53,037 nt of DNA from a virus (taxonomy: Duplodnaviria > Caudoviricetes). Location: positions 1 through 53,037 of the IMG/VR virus record IMGVR_UViG_3300020044_002438. One strand, 5' to 3'. A program made the position numbers and the translations under genes. How positions within the stretch are numbered: position 1 is the stretch's first letter; every line of letters starts with the position of its first letter. Shown here piece after piece: positions 45,625 through 52,916 of this stretch. The notes beneath the pieces were generated by a model. The model made no database searches and had not been told where the DNA came from. It was given only the letters and a program-made list of their open reading frames with translations.

Positions 45625-46014
45625 CTAAGTTGTTGTTACCGTTACTATACCTACTTGTCCTTGAGCAATCAAGCTATTAGGTGTTAACCCAGTATCATCC
45701 CCGCTTGCTCCGCCTACAGGTGCCCAACCCCACTGAAATACTCTACTACCACCCTCTGGATTACCGTCCGGACCTATACCTGATACTTTATAGCTTGTGT
45801 CTGGACGAGGTTCTCTAACAGCTTGAGGGTCATTAACTGGGTACATACCTAGTTGTAACTGCGGGTGGTCAGGGTCCCAACACTCAGGGCATACTTTAAT
45901 ACTTACTTGCTTTGTTTTAATCGTAAGCTTTTTAAGCTGTACTAATTTATAGCGCTGACCACAACGGTCGCACTCGGCAATACTGTGTTTACCACTAGCG
46001 TACTTACTAGGCAT
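45625..46014 (-). CDS. conserved head-tail region protein with Zn-finger
   Basis: YASGK..IAECDRCG...VCPECWDPDHPQL...DPQA...PRPD. Confidence 0.8.
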   Translation of the reverse strand: MPSKYASGKHSIAECDRCGQRYKLVQLKKLTIKTKQVSIKVCPECWDPDHPQLQLGMYPVNDPQAVREPRPDTSYKVSGIGPDGNPEGGSRVFQWGWAPVGGASGDDTGLTPNSLIAQGQVGIVTVTTT

Positions 46015-46016
46015 AA

Positions 46017-46742
46017 TTACCTCGTATAGGACATATTACGTGGAACAAACCGTATCGATGCCTTTTCTCTATCTTCATCTGCTGCTAGTTGGAACTGCTG
46101 TTCGTAGTCTGCTTTAAGCCCTGTTATACGCTCTAAAGGTACATTTGGCAATTTGATTGACAAATAGTAAGCTAGCCCTGCAACCATGCAGTTTAAGAAC
46201 CGGAACGGAATGTCTTGGGTGTTAATACCATCTCCAGCATCTTGAATACGACGTAAACGCCAGTAAACAAACGTGTATTGATTGCCTGGGTCATTAGGTG
46301 TCGGCCATACATTAATTTGAGGATAAGCTACCCCAGTTGGCTCTGTTGCGCCTGATTGACGATTAATCCATACTTGAATAGGACGGCCTGTAGTTAGCTT
46401 GTTAGGTATTGTAGAGTAGGTTGACTCAGAGATACGACTAATATTGATATCTGTTTGGTTTGACGCACTGCCCGCATTAGTACGGATAACTTGGTCAAGT
46501 AAGTCTATAGTATCCACAGGCAGGTCATATACCGCTTGGCCCGTCACCATAGGGATAGAACCTTCTTCAATCGTCCACAAGTTAATGCCGCGATTAGCCC
46601 ACTCAATAGTAAGTAGGTTCAAACTACGACGTGCTGTGCGCAAGTCATACCCTGTCCTTAACTCAGAGCCGCATCTCTCAAACGCTTCTTCTACTAAGTC
46701 GTTAAGGTCTAGATTAAATGATGAGGTACCTGTGGTTGCCAT
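46017..46742 (-). CDS. head-tail adaptor protein
   Basis: EEAFERCG...GYDLRTARRSLNLL..EWANRGINLWT...GLAYYL...A.DEDR. Confidence 0.8.
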   Translation of the reverse strand: MATTGTSSFNLDLNDLVEEAFERCGSELRTGYDLRTARRSLNLLTIEWANRGINLWTIEEGSIPMVTGQAVYDLPVDTIDLLDQVIRTNAGSASNQTDINISRISESTYSTIPNKLTTGRPIQVWINRQSGATEPTGVAYPQINVWPTPNDPGNQYTFVYWRLRRIQDAGDGINTQDIPFRFLNCMVAGLAYYLSIKLPNVPLERITGLKADYEQQFQLAADEDREKASIRFVPRNMSYTR

Positions 46743-46873
46743 TAATTATTCCATTCAAAAACTATCTCTACGATGCCTAAACTAAAGATGAGATAATGCT
46801 CATCCTCTATAAGCTCATATTGAATCCCTACAGTAAAGCCACAGATTAGACTGATATTGTAGAGATTCATCAT
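46742..46873 (-). CDS. small hypothetical protein (43 aa)
   Basis: MMNLYNISLICGFTVGIQYE...FEWNN; TAATG coupling to the adaptor gene; fills the gap exactly. Confidence 0.55.
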   Translation of the reverse strand: MMNLYNISLICGFTVGIQYELIEDEHYLIFSLGIVEIVFEWNN

Positions 46874-46874
46874 A

Positions 46875-47135
46875 TTACTTTTTAGCCGTTAATGCCGACT
46901 TTTTAAATGCAGTGGAAGTGGGTGCTCCTGAACTTCCAGGTTTACGCATCTTTTCGCCTGAGCCTTCTTCCATACGTTTACGTTTAGCATGGATATTCGC
47001 GTATAGGCCAGGGAAGTTTACCTTCCCACCTTTTTTAAACATCTCTACATCTTCAGGATTATCTTTACGTTTGATAATCTTTTTCTTAGGCATTTTAGAA
47101 GGGGCTATTGCCCCCATACCGCGAGACGCTCTCAT
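46875..47135 (-). CDS. small basic protein (fusion-like)
   Basis: MRASRGMGAI.PSKMP, then FKKGG, then GLYANIHAKRKR...MRKPG..GAPT...FKKSA.TAK. Confidence 0.75.
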   Translation of the reverse strand: MRASRGMGAIAPSKMPKKKIIKRKDNPEDVEMFKKGGKVNFPGLYANIHAKRKRMEEGSGEKMRKPGSSGAPTSTAFKKSALTAKK

Positions 47136-47136
47136 A

Positions 47137-47355
47137 CTACACCATTTTACCTTTTGTTTTGCCTTTAACACAGCAGCCGTCAGCACGGGAAGATACGGAA
47201 CCACCTTTAGCGTATTTCTTTGTCTTCTGATAATTTTCAGCAGCTTTTTGGTTTTTCATGTCTTGTAGTTTATCTTTAACATCCGATGGAATTTCTTCTG
47301 CCGGTTCTTTTACTACAGGAGCTACGACTACTGGTTTTACTTTATTGTCAGCCAT
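47137..47355 (-). CDS. small protein with YAKGG...RADG...GKTKG tail
   Basis: C-terminal motif shared with neighbouring genes. Confidence 0.75.
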   Translation of the reverse strand: MADNKVKPVVVAPVVKEPAEEIPSDVKDKLQDMKNQKAAENYQKTKKYAKGGSVSSRADGCCVKGKTKGKMV

Positions 47356-47357
47356 AA

Positions 47358-47831
47358 TTATGCCCTCGTTTTTCCACGTATTGCGCAGCCATCAGCACGT
47401 CGTGACGCTGATGAAACTGAACCGCCTTTTTTCATACCTAAAGGATTACTAGAACTAAATCTTGATTCTTCCTTCGGTGCGCGTTTCTCTTCTACTTCTA
47501 CTTCAGTACTCCTTTCTTCAATTGGTGCTGGAGTAGCTTTTTCTGCTTTTATTACACGACCCATGCTAGGACCTGACTCGCCACTAGCTGAACCATATGA
47601 GCCTTGAGATGTATCCATGTCAGGGGTAGTTGACTTAGGCATTTTGTATTCTGCTGCTTTGGCCTTAGCTTGTTTAGCGTCGTAAGCTTTTATTCGCGCT
47701 TCGTTATCTTTTTTCCATTGAGGCTTATTAGGCTCTTTAGGGTCATACTCAGCTACAGTTTTTTTAGCTTTCTGTACTGCATCATAATCTCTAATGCGTT
47801 TTAGATTTGCTTCTTTCCAGTCTTCAGCCAT
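47358..47831 (-). CDS. protein with MKKGG...RADG...GKT tail
   Basis: Internal duplicated WK..N..RI..YDA unit; shared C-terminal motif. Confidence 0.75.
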   Translation of the reverse strand: MAEDWKEANLKRIRDYDAVQKAKKTVAEYDPKEPNKPQWKKDNEARIKAYDAKQAKAKAAEYKMPKSTTPDMDTSQGSYGSASGESGPSMGRVIKAEKATPAPIEERSTEVEVEEKRAPKEESRFSSSNPLGMKKGGSVSSASRRADGCAIRGKTRA

Positions 47832-48025
47832 TATATTATCTTCCCTTTTGTTTTGCCTTTTTTCTCGATGCCGCCACCTTTAGCCATCTTAGTGCAGCCG
47901 CCTTTTCTAAGCGCAGCTAGGTCAGTTTTCTTGCCACCGTGCATTTGTTTATCATGCATGCCAATAGCTTTTTTAGCCATCTTTTTGTCTTGCGCCAAAT
48001 CCATTTTACTATTTTCTTTAGCCAT
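47831..48025 (-). CDS. small basic protein with KGG/GKTKG motifs
   Basis: QDKKM.KKA..MHD.QMH...MAKGGG...GKTKG; AAGGA RBS. Confidence 0.75.
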   Translation of the reverse strand: MAKENSKMDLAQDKKMAKKAIGMHDKQMHGGKKTDLAALRKGGCTKMAKGGGIEKKGKTKGKII

Positions 48026-48038
48026 AATAATTCCTTTA

Positions 48039-48422
48039 TTAACATTTCCAGCGTTTTAAAGATGCTGCTTTGCGTGTAGGCTTACCGTTCTCGTCTTTCA
48101 TTGGACCCGGCATACCTGACATCCGCGCACAGAAAGACTTCTTACGTGGACCGCCTTCAGGCTGTGGGGCTTTTAAGTTAGACCCTGTTGCTGCATTGTA
48201 TTTTGCGCGTCCTTTAGCAGTAAGTCCAGCACCTTGTGCTACGGGCAATTTCTCACCTCGACCTACCGCTAATGACGGACCGCCTTCTTTAAACTTCTTG
48301 CCTTTGTCAGCTGCATTAAACTCTTTGGCTACCTTAGTTGGTATTCCTACCTTCTTAGCAAATGCAGGATTATGCGCTGCCGCAGCCATTAAGTTACGTT
48401 GTGATTTACTCTTGCTTGGCAT
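48039..48422 (-). CDS. small basic virion-module protein (MPSKS..AHNP unit fused to a DUF6321-like unit)
   Basis: MPSKSKSQRNLMAAAAHNPAFAKKVGIP, then FKEGG, then GLTAKGR.KYN..TGSNLKAP...KSFCARM...L.RWKC. Confidence 0.75.
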   Translation of the reverse strand: MPSKSKSQRNLMAAAAHNPAFAKKVGIPTKVAKEFNAADKGKKFKEGGPSLAVGRGEKLPVAQGAGLTAKGRAKYNAATGSNLKAPQPEGGPRKKSFCARMSGMPGPMKDENGKPTRKAASLKRWKC

Positions 48423-48612
48423 TTCGTTTTTTCCATTTAGTAAGCCATCCTTGCACAGTCTTAGTTTCATAGATACGAATCAAAGACCATATAATAGATA
48501 GTGCTGCCGCAATAGACGGTAATACTTGTATAAGTGAACCCAAAGCAATTCCAATCGAAGTCCAATCAATCACATGCTTGGTATGCTCATTGATTTTGTC
48601 AAAAAATTCCAT
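48406..48612 (-). CDS. small membrane protein (holin-like)
   Basis: Hydrophobic core LPSIAAALSIIWSLIRIYET and a basic C-terminus. Confidence 0.7.
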   Translation of the reverse strand: MEFFDKINEHTKHVIDWTSIGIALGSLIQVLPSIAAALSIIWSLIRIYETKTVQGWLTKWKKRNAKQE

Positions 48613-48613
48613 G

Positions 48614-51226
48614 CTATGCCTGCGCCTCTTTCCAGCTTAAACGCGCCAAAATGGTTGGTGTCGCTGCCGTTACAACGTTGGTCGCACATACATACAGAAT
48701 ATCAGGTCCGTCTGGGTAAACACCGGCATAAGAGTTTGGCACTGTGTTAGTTGTACCGCCTCCTAATATTGAGTTACCTAAGTCACGCACTTGTGATAAG
48801 TCTAGTGTCGTCTGTCCGTTTGTATTTGTAAACGCTGCAGCCACTGATTCACCGCCTACTAAAGTACCTGTATTCAGCGTATTTACGGCAATTTGAGCTA
48901 GTGATGAAGAGTAAGCTAAAGAACCCGCTGATACAGGAGCGGTAAATTGTGACCATGTACCACCTGAAACGTAACCATTTAAGATTAAGTTAATTAACAC
49001 AGGGCCTGAAGTTACCACACCTAGTTCAATTAACTGCAACTGCATACGATTGATAATTTCTTTAAGGCCTAATACACCTGTGATACCATTATCAACTGAA
49101 GGCGCAATTCGAATCGCTATAATCGGAGTTACTTGAATTGTTGATGTAGCTAATGTTAACTGTGTGTTAGTACCAAAGTTAAAGATAAGTGATTTATCAT
49201 CATTGAACTGGCCATCCATAATTACAGATGAACCCCAATGAGACAAGGCACAAGCAGTATCATTATCAGTATGTTCAACAGTTATTGGAGCAGTTGCACT
49301 GTAAGTAAAGGTTGTTGCTGCCGAACCTCCAGCTACGCCCCTAGTTAAACCTGTAAATGATGTTGCTGTTTTGCCTGTGTAATTGATAATCTCAATAGCA
49401 CCTGTTTGGGTAGCTGTAATCAATCTAACTGCGCCAGTAGGTGGGAATAAAGAAGTATCGCCAACAGTCATCGAAGTTGTATTTGAAGACAGCAACGTTG
49501 AGCTTAATGTTGTAATAGGATTTAAACCACTTGACTCATAGTGCGCTGCCATATTACCTGTACGCATGTATGCTTCAAACTGCGCGTTATTATTGGTTTG
49601 TTGATACACATAAGTAATTTGGCCTTCAGCTGTCCTTAAGCCCCATCTAATAAACCCGGCACCGTACCATGAATAATCAATGTACCACATTTGCATTTTG
49701 GTTAAATCAAGCACATAACCTGAAGGGCCTGTACCATCTAACGGGTCTGACCATAGTGAACGAGGAGCTTTTACATCAATTGTTCTAGATACAACCGCAT
49801 TTGATATAGTTGAACCGCGATACTCTGGGCTAATAAACATACTTGTATCACTAGCAATAGTTAATACTTTATATGATTGTCCGCGAATTACAATAAAGTC
49901 ACCTGGAACTAACTGAGTACTAAACAATGTTCCTGTACCTGTAACGGCGCCAGAACCTTGTGTTACTGCCACATTCCCGTTGATTTGTGATGTACTGCTA
50001 CGCCATACCGCAAATAAATTTTGCCCGTCATACTCAAAGAATAAGCCATTTTGTTGGTCAAACATACCTAGTCTATTTTGTGCACCAAACCAATTTATTG
50101 GATTGACTCTGATATTTTGACCAGCCCCTGTTACTGTGCCTATAGCGGTTGGAACTGTATAAGTAAATGAATTTAATGTTGGAACAGATACAATTGAGTA
50201 TCGACCATTAAACGCGCCTGGGCTAGCACCTTGTACTTGAACTACTGTATTTATTGCTAAACTATGTGCATACCGAGTAGTTACTGTTACGGTAGAACCA
50301 ACGCAACTAATATTAGTTACAAACAATGATGGCTCTAAAGATGAGCCTGTAGAGAACTGAATACCTTTACCTGATTGGTAGCGGAAGTACCTACGTGTTT
50401 GTCTGATAAGTTGTTGGTTAGGTACTGCTGCACCTGCTGAGAAAGCTACACCGCCATCAAAAGCTCGTGGTTCTACGTAGCCGGCCGGACGTGCATATAA
50501 GAATGTATTACCTGCGGCGTTAGTTGGACTACCTGCTGCACCTGTTGATGTGTAGGTAAATGTATTAGCTGTAGGTACAGTAGCAACTATGAATGCACCC
50601 ATAACTGCAGTTGGAGCGCCGCCTAAACCTCTAACATAGATTAAACTACCTCTAGATAATCCGTGTGGACCTACTGTTGTTACTGTTACTGTATTAGTTG
50701 ATGTTACAAATGCGTTAGAGCCTACTTGTACACCTGCGTTTGAATAAAAATAACCTACATATACATACGTTGTAGTCGCACTGAATTTTTCCCCGGCAGA
50801 CGCTGCTGTTGTTGGGATTACGGTAAATAATGTACCCCCTGTAACGCCTGTATCTGTATACCACCATCCATTTGCGTTAGGGTCTGTAGCATTTTGAATA
50901 TAGATTGGTGTGCCCGCAGCGATGGTAATATTGGTTGCTACTGTAACTGTAAGCACGGTTGTGCCTGTAATGCTTGTTACATTTAATGGTTGTTGAGGTA
51001 TGTAATATACACTTTGCCTATTGTTTTGTAACGAGATAGATTCCCATTTAGTAGGCTGTGTACCATACTCAAAGTCTGTATCAATTAAAGCTTGCGGTTG
51101 TGAAACACGAAGTTTACCTACTGAGTCTTGCGTTTGTGGACCGGGAGTAGTGTAAACAGTGTTGTTTATCCCCGTCAAAGGCAAAGACTTGTTGGTAATT
51201 CCGTCTACTACTATCAATCCTGACAT
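48614..51226 (-). CDS. large beta-rich virion structural protein (head/tail fibre or spike)
   Basis: D.VGKLRVS.PQ.LIDTDFEYG, RQTRRYFRYQSGKG and DYSWYGAG motifs; repeated VTT...HGL small beta domains; AGGAG RBS. Confidence 0.75.
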   Translation of the reverse strand: MSGLIVVDGITNKSLPLTGINNTVYTTPGPQTQDSVGKLRVSQPQALIDTDFEYGTQPTKWESISLQNNRQSVYYIPQQPLNVTSITGTTVLTVTVATNITIAAGTPIYIQNATDPNANGWWYTDTGVTGGTLFTVIPTTAASAGEKFSATTTYVYVGYFYSNAGVQVGSNAFVTSTNTVTVTTVGPHGLSRGSLIYVRGLGGAPTAVMGAFIVATVPTANTFTYTSTGAAGSPTNAAGNTFLYARPAGYVEPRAFDGGVAFSAGAAVPNQQLIRQTRRYFRYQSGKGIQFSTGSSLEPSLFVTNISCVGSTVTVTTRYAHSLAINTVVQVQGASPGAFNGRYSIVSVPTLNSFTYTVPTAIGTVTGAGQNIRVNPINWFGAQNRLGMFDQQNGLFFEYDGQNLFAVWRSSTSQINGNVAVTQGSGAVTGTGTLFSTQLVPGDFIVIRGQSYKVLTIASDTSMFISPEYRGSTISNAVVSRTIDVKAPRSLWSDPLDGTGPSGYVLDLTKMQMWYIDYSWYGAGFIRWGLRTAEGQITYVYQQTNNNAQFEAYMRTGNMAAHYESSGLNPITTLSSTLLSSNTTSMTVGDTSLFPPTGAVRLITATQTGAIEIINYTGKTATSFTGLTRGVAGGSAATTFTYSATAPITVEHTDNDTACALSHWGSSVIMDGQFNDDKSLIFNFGTNTQLTLATSTIQVTPIIAIRIAPSVDNGITGVLGLKEIINRMQLQLIELGVVTSGPVLINLILNGYVSGGTWSQFTAPVSAGSLAYSSSLAQIAVNTLNTGTLVGGESVAAAFTNTNGQTTLDLSQVRDLGNSILGGGTTNTVPNSYAGVYPDGPDILYVCATNVVTAATPTILARLSWKEAQA

Positions 51227-51248
51227 AATTTTCTCCTAAATGTTAACT

Positions 51249-51267
51249 AAAAGGGGCCGAAACCCCT
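51249..51267 (-). terminator. intrinsic terminator
   Basis: On - strand: AGGGGT-TTCG-GCCCCT followed by TTT, just after the 51276 stop. Confidence 0.7.
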
Positions 51268-51275
51268 AGGATTAA

Positions 51276-51710
51276 TTATGCTGTGAATGCAGTAGGGTTA
51301 GCTGAGCCATCGTCGTTACGAACAGTGTATGCAACTGATAACGTACCAGCAGAAGCAGCGGTAGCCGTAAAGCTTAATACAGCATCTATAGGACCTATGT
51401 TTGCAAGTGTGCCAACGTTGGCAGCGGTAACGACAAGTGTGTTAAAACCCGCAGCGGTTGATAATGTACCAACTATAACGCCGCCAATAGTAACGTTAGG
51501 GGTACCTGCGGCACCTGTGGTCATCAAAGACTGTACAGCATGAATCAAAGCCCCTGCAGGAAGCATAACTGTAACAGCGGAACCAGCAACAAGTGTAACG
51601 TTCTGAGTAACCAGCGTAGCGCCCATATTACGCACTGTACCTGGTGTAGTGCCTGTAGTGTTTTTTACTGTACCCAATAACCATGGGCCTAAATGAGATG
51701 CGAATGACAT
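51276..51710 (-). CDS. capsid-associated (decoration-like) protein
   Basis: MSFASHLGPWLLGTVK...LPAGA.I; AAGGA RBS at 51718-51722; position just downstream of the capsid locus. Confidence 0.75.
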   Translation of the reverse strand: MSFASHLGPWLLGTVKNTTGTTPGTVRNMGATLVTQNVTLVAGSAVTVMLPAGALIHAVQSLMTTGAAGTPNVTIGGVIVGTLSTAAGFNTLVVTAANVGTLANIGPIDAVLSFTATAASAGTLSVAYTVRNDDGSANPTAFTA

Positions 51711-51722
51711 AATAGATTCCTT

Positions 51723-51796
51723 CATACAAAGTAAAGCTCAATAGTCTTGTATGCGTCTGCCGGGACAGTCTAAGGAGCCGGATTAATATTCCCGGT
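51723..51796 (-). ncRNA. structured 5' leader (two hairpins with loop-loop complementarity)
   Basis: Stems CCGGGA/UCCCGG and CAUACAA/UUGUAUG; loops GCUCcuUAG and CUAuuGAGC are complementary; RBS abuts the second stem. Confidence 0.65.
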
Positions 51797-51806
51797 TGAT
51801 ACAGAC

Positions 51807-51835
51807 TTTATACTATGTTATTGTTTTAGTGTCAA
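51807..51835 (-). promoter_or_regulatory. sigma70-type promoter
   Basis: On - strand TTGACA-N17-TATAAA; predicted TSS near 51800. Confidence 0.8.
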
Positions 51836-51853
51836 CTGATTAGTGGAGTATTC

Positions 51854-52225
51854 ATGCCATATAAAGACCCCGCAGTTCGCAAGGCAAAAGCAAAGTTATA
51901 CTCTAAGAAACATTATGAAGGCAACAAACCAGCTCAGATTGAACGGGTAAGGCTAGGTAAGATAAAGAAACGCGTCCAGTGGGAAGCCTATAAATCTACG
52001 CTTGCGTGTGCCAACTGTGGTGAGAACCATCCATCAGCATTAGATTTTCATCACGTGGTACCAGACCCTGCCAATAGAAAGATAAGTGAATTAATACAGA
52101 ACGGAGCTTATAAACTAGCCCGTGAAGAGATAGAAGCCAAATGCATAGTGCTATGCGCTAACTGTCACCGCAAACATCACCACGAAGAACGGCAATTAAA
52201 AGCAGGGCAAGTTGCAGAAAGGTAG
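51854..52225 (+). CDS. HNH endonuclease (Zn-binding), antisense to the late operon
   Basis: CANCG...LDFHH...KCIVLCANCHRKHH; GGAG RBS. Confidence 0.88.
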   Translation: MPYKDPAVRKAKAKLYSKKHYEGNKPAQIERVRLGKIKKRVQWEAYKSTLACANCGENHPSALDFHHVVPDPANRKISELIQNGAYKLAREEIEAKCIVLCANCHRKHHHEERQLKAGQVAER

Positions 52226-52312
52226 GCGTAGATTTAGTAGTTGTTACATGTAACGCAGAAAGCCGAAAAACTCGTTACTTACTACATCCTCTAGTGTCGG
52301 CTTAACCGCCTA
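52223..52312. ncRNA. candidate pseudoknotted structured RNA
   Basis: TAGGCG/CGCCTA, GATTTAGTAG/TTACTACATC (one mismatch) and GTAACG/CGTTAC stems; loop AAGCCGA complementary to TCGGCTT. Strand undetermined. Confidence 0.6.
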
Positions 52313-52334
52313 AGGTATATATACAAAGTATATA

Positions 52335-52406
52335 CTATTTGTTCATTACGTACATTGTAACTTCAAAGCCAAAACGCATTTCTGTAGCTGCTGGAGATGT
52401 CCACAT
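52335..52406 (-). CDS. pqqA: pyrroloquinoline quinone precursor peptide PqqA
   Basis: Not in the ORF track. MWTSPAATEMRFGFEVTMYVMNK with W..P...R.GFEVT.Y (the ExxxY core); AAAGGA RBS 8 nt upstream. Confidence 0.95.
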   Translation of the reverse strand: MWTSPAATEMRFGFEVTMYVMNK

Positions 52407-52495
52407 GATTATATTCCTTTAAAATTTGTACACGTCAGTGTGTACGTGTTCACATTCTGCTCTTTTCTATACACATCACAATACGGAAAACCATT

Positions 52496-52520
52496 AAAAA
52501 AGGCCCACCGAAGTGAGCCT
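52496..52520 (-). terminator. intrinsic terminator after the major capsid gene
   Basis: On - strand: AGGCTCAC-TTCG-GTGGGCCT followed by TTTTT. Confidence 0.85.
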
Positions 52521-52540
52521 CTTATCTTACCTAGTGTTTA

Positions 52541-52906
52541 TTAAGCACCAGCTGAACCGTACATACCTAATGGGTCAGACCAACCGAATGAATAACGCTC
52601 ACGTGATTTGTAGCGAACGTTACCTGTATCGAAGTCACCATCCATTGAGTTTTGCAATGGGGTACGAACAAAGTGTTTCATACCGTTTGGCACGTCAGTA
52701 GTTAAGAACCATGCATTTGTGTCAGTCAAGAAGTGATTGATTGTGTAACCTTCAGCTACAGAACCGTTGTTCTTGATTGCGTTGATGTCATTGTCGTTAG
52801 TACCAACACGAAGTTCAGTTTCCAACAAGCGAGTTGCAACGAATTGCAATGCTGGTGGAACAACCAATTTCTTCGGTTTAGCTGCAATCAATAGACCACG
52901 CTCATC
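52541..52906 (-). CDS. major capsid protein, C-terminal part only (5' end broken)
   Basis: DERGLLIAAKPKKLVVPPALQFVA...DNDINA...NHFLTD..AWF..TD.PNG.KHF.R...GDFDTGNVRYKSRERYSFGWSDP; capsid-like sequence stops upstream of 52906. Confidence 0.9.
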   Translation of the reverse strand, partial: DERGLLIAAKPKKLVVPPALQFVATRLLETELRVGTNDNDINAIKNNGSVAEGYTINHFLTDTNAWFLTTDVPNGMKHFVRTPLQNSMDGDFDTGNVRYKSRERYSFGWSDPLGMYGSAGA

Positions 52907-52916
52907 GCTATTACGT

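Noticed and set aside
52260-52312. HDV-like ribozyme (ACA-UCCUCUAG-UGU followed by CGGCUU resembles P3/L3/P1)
   Set aside because: The GG needed for P1.1, the P4 stem and the J4/2 catalytic C with a P2 3' strand are not found downstream.
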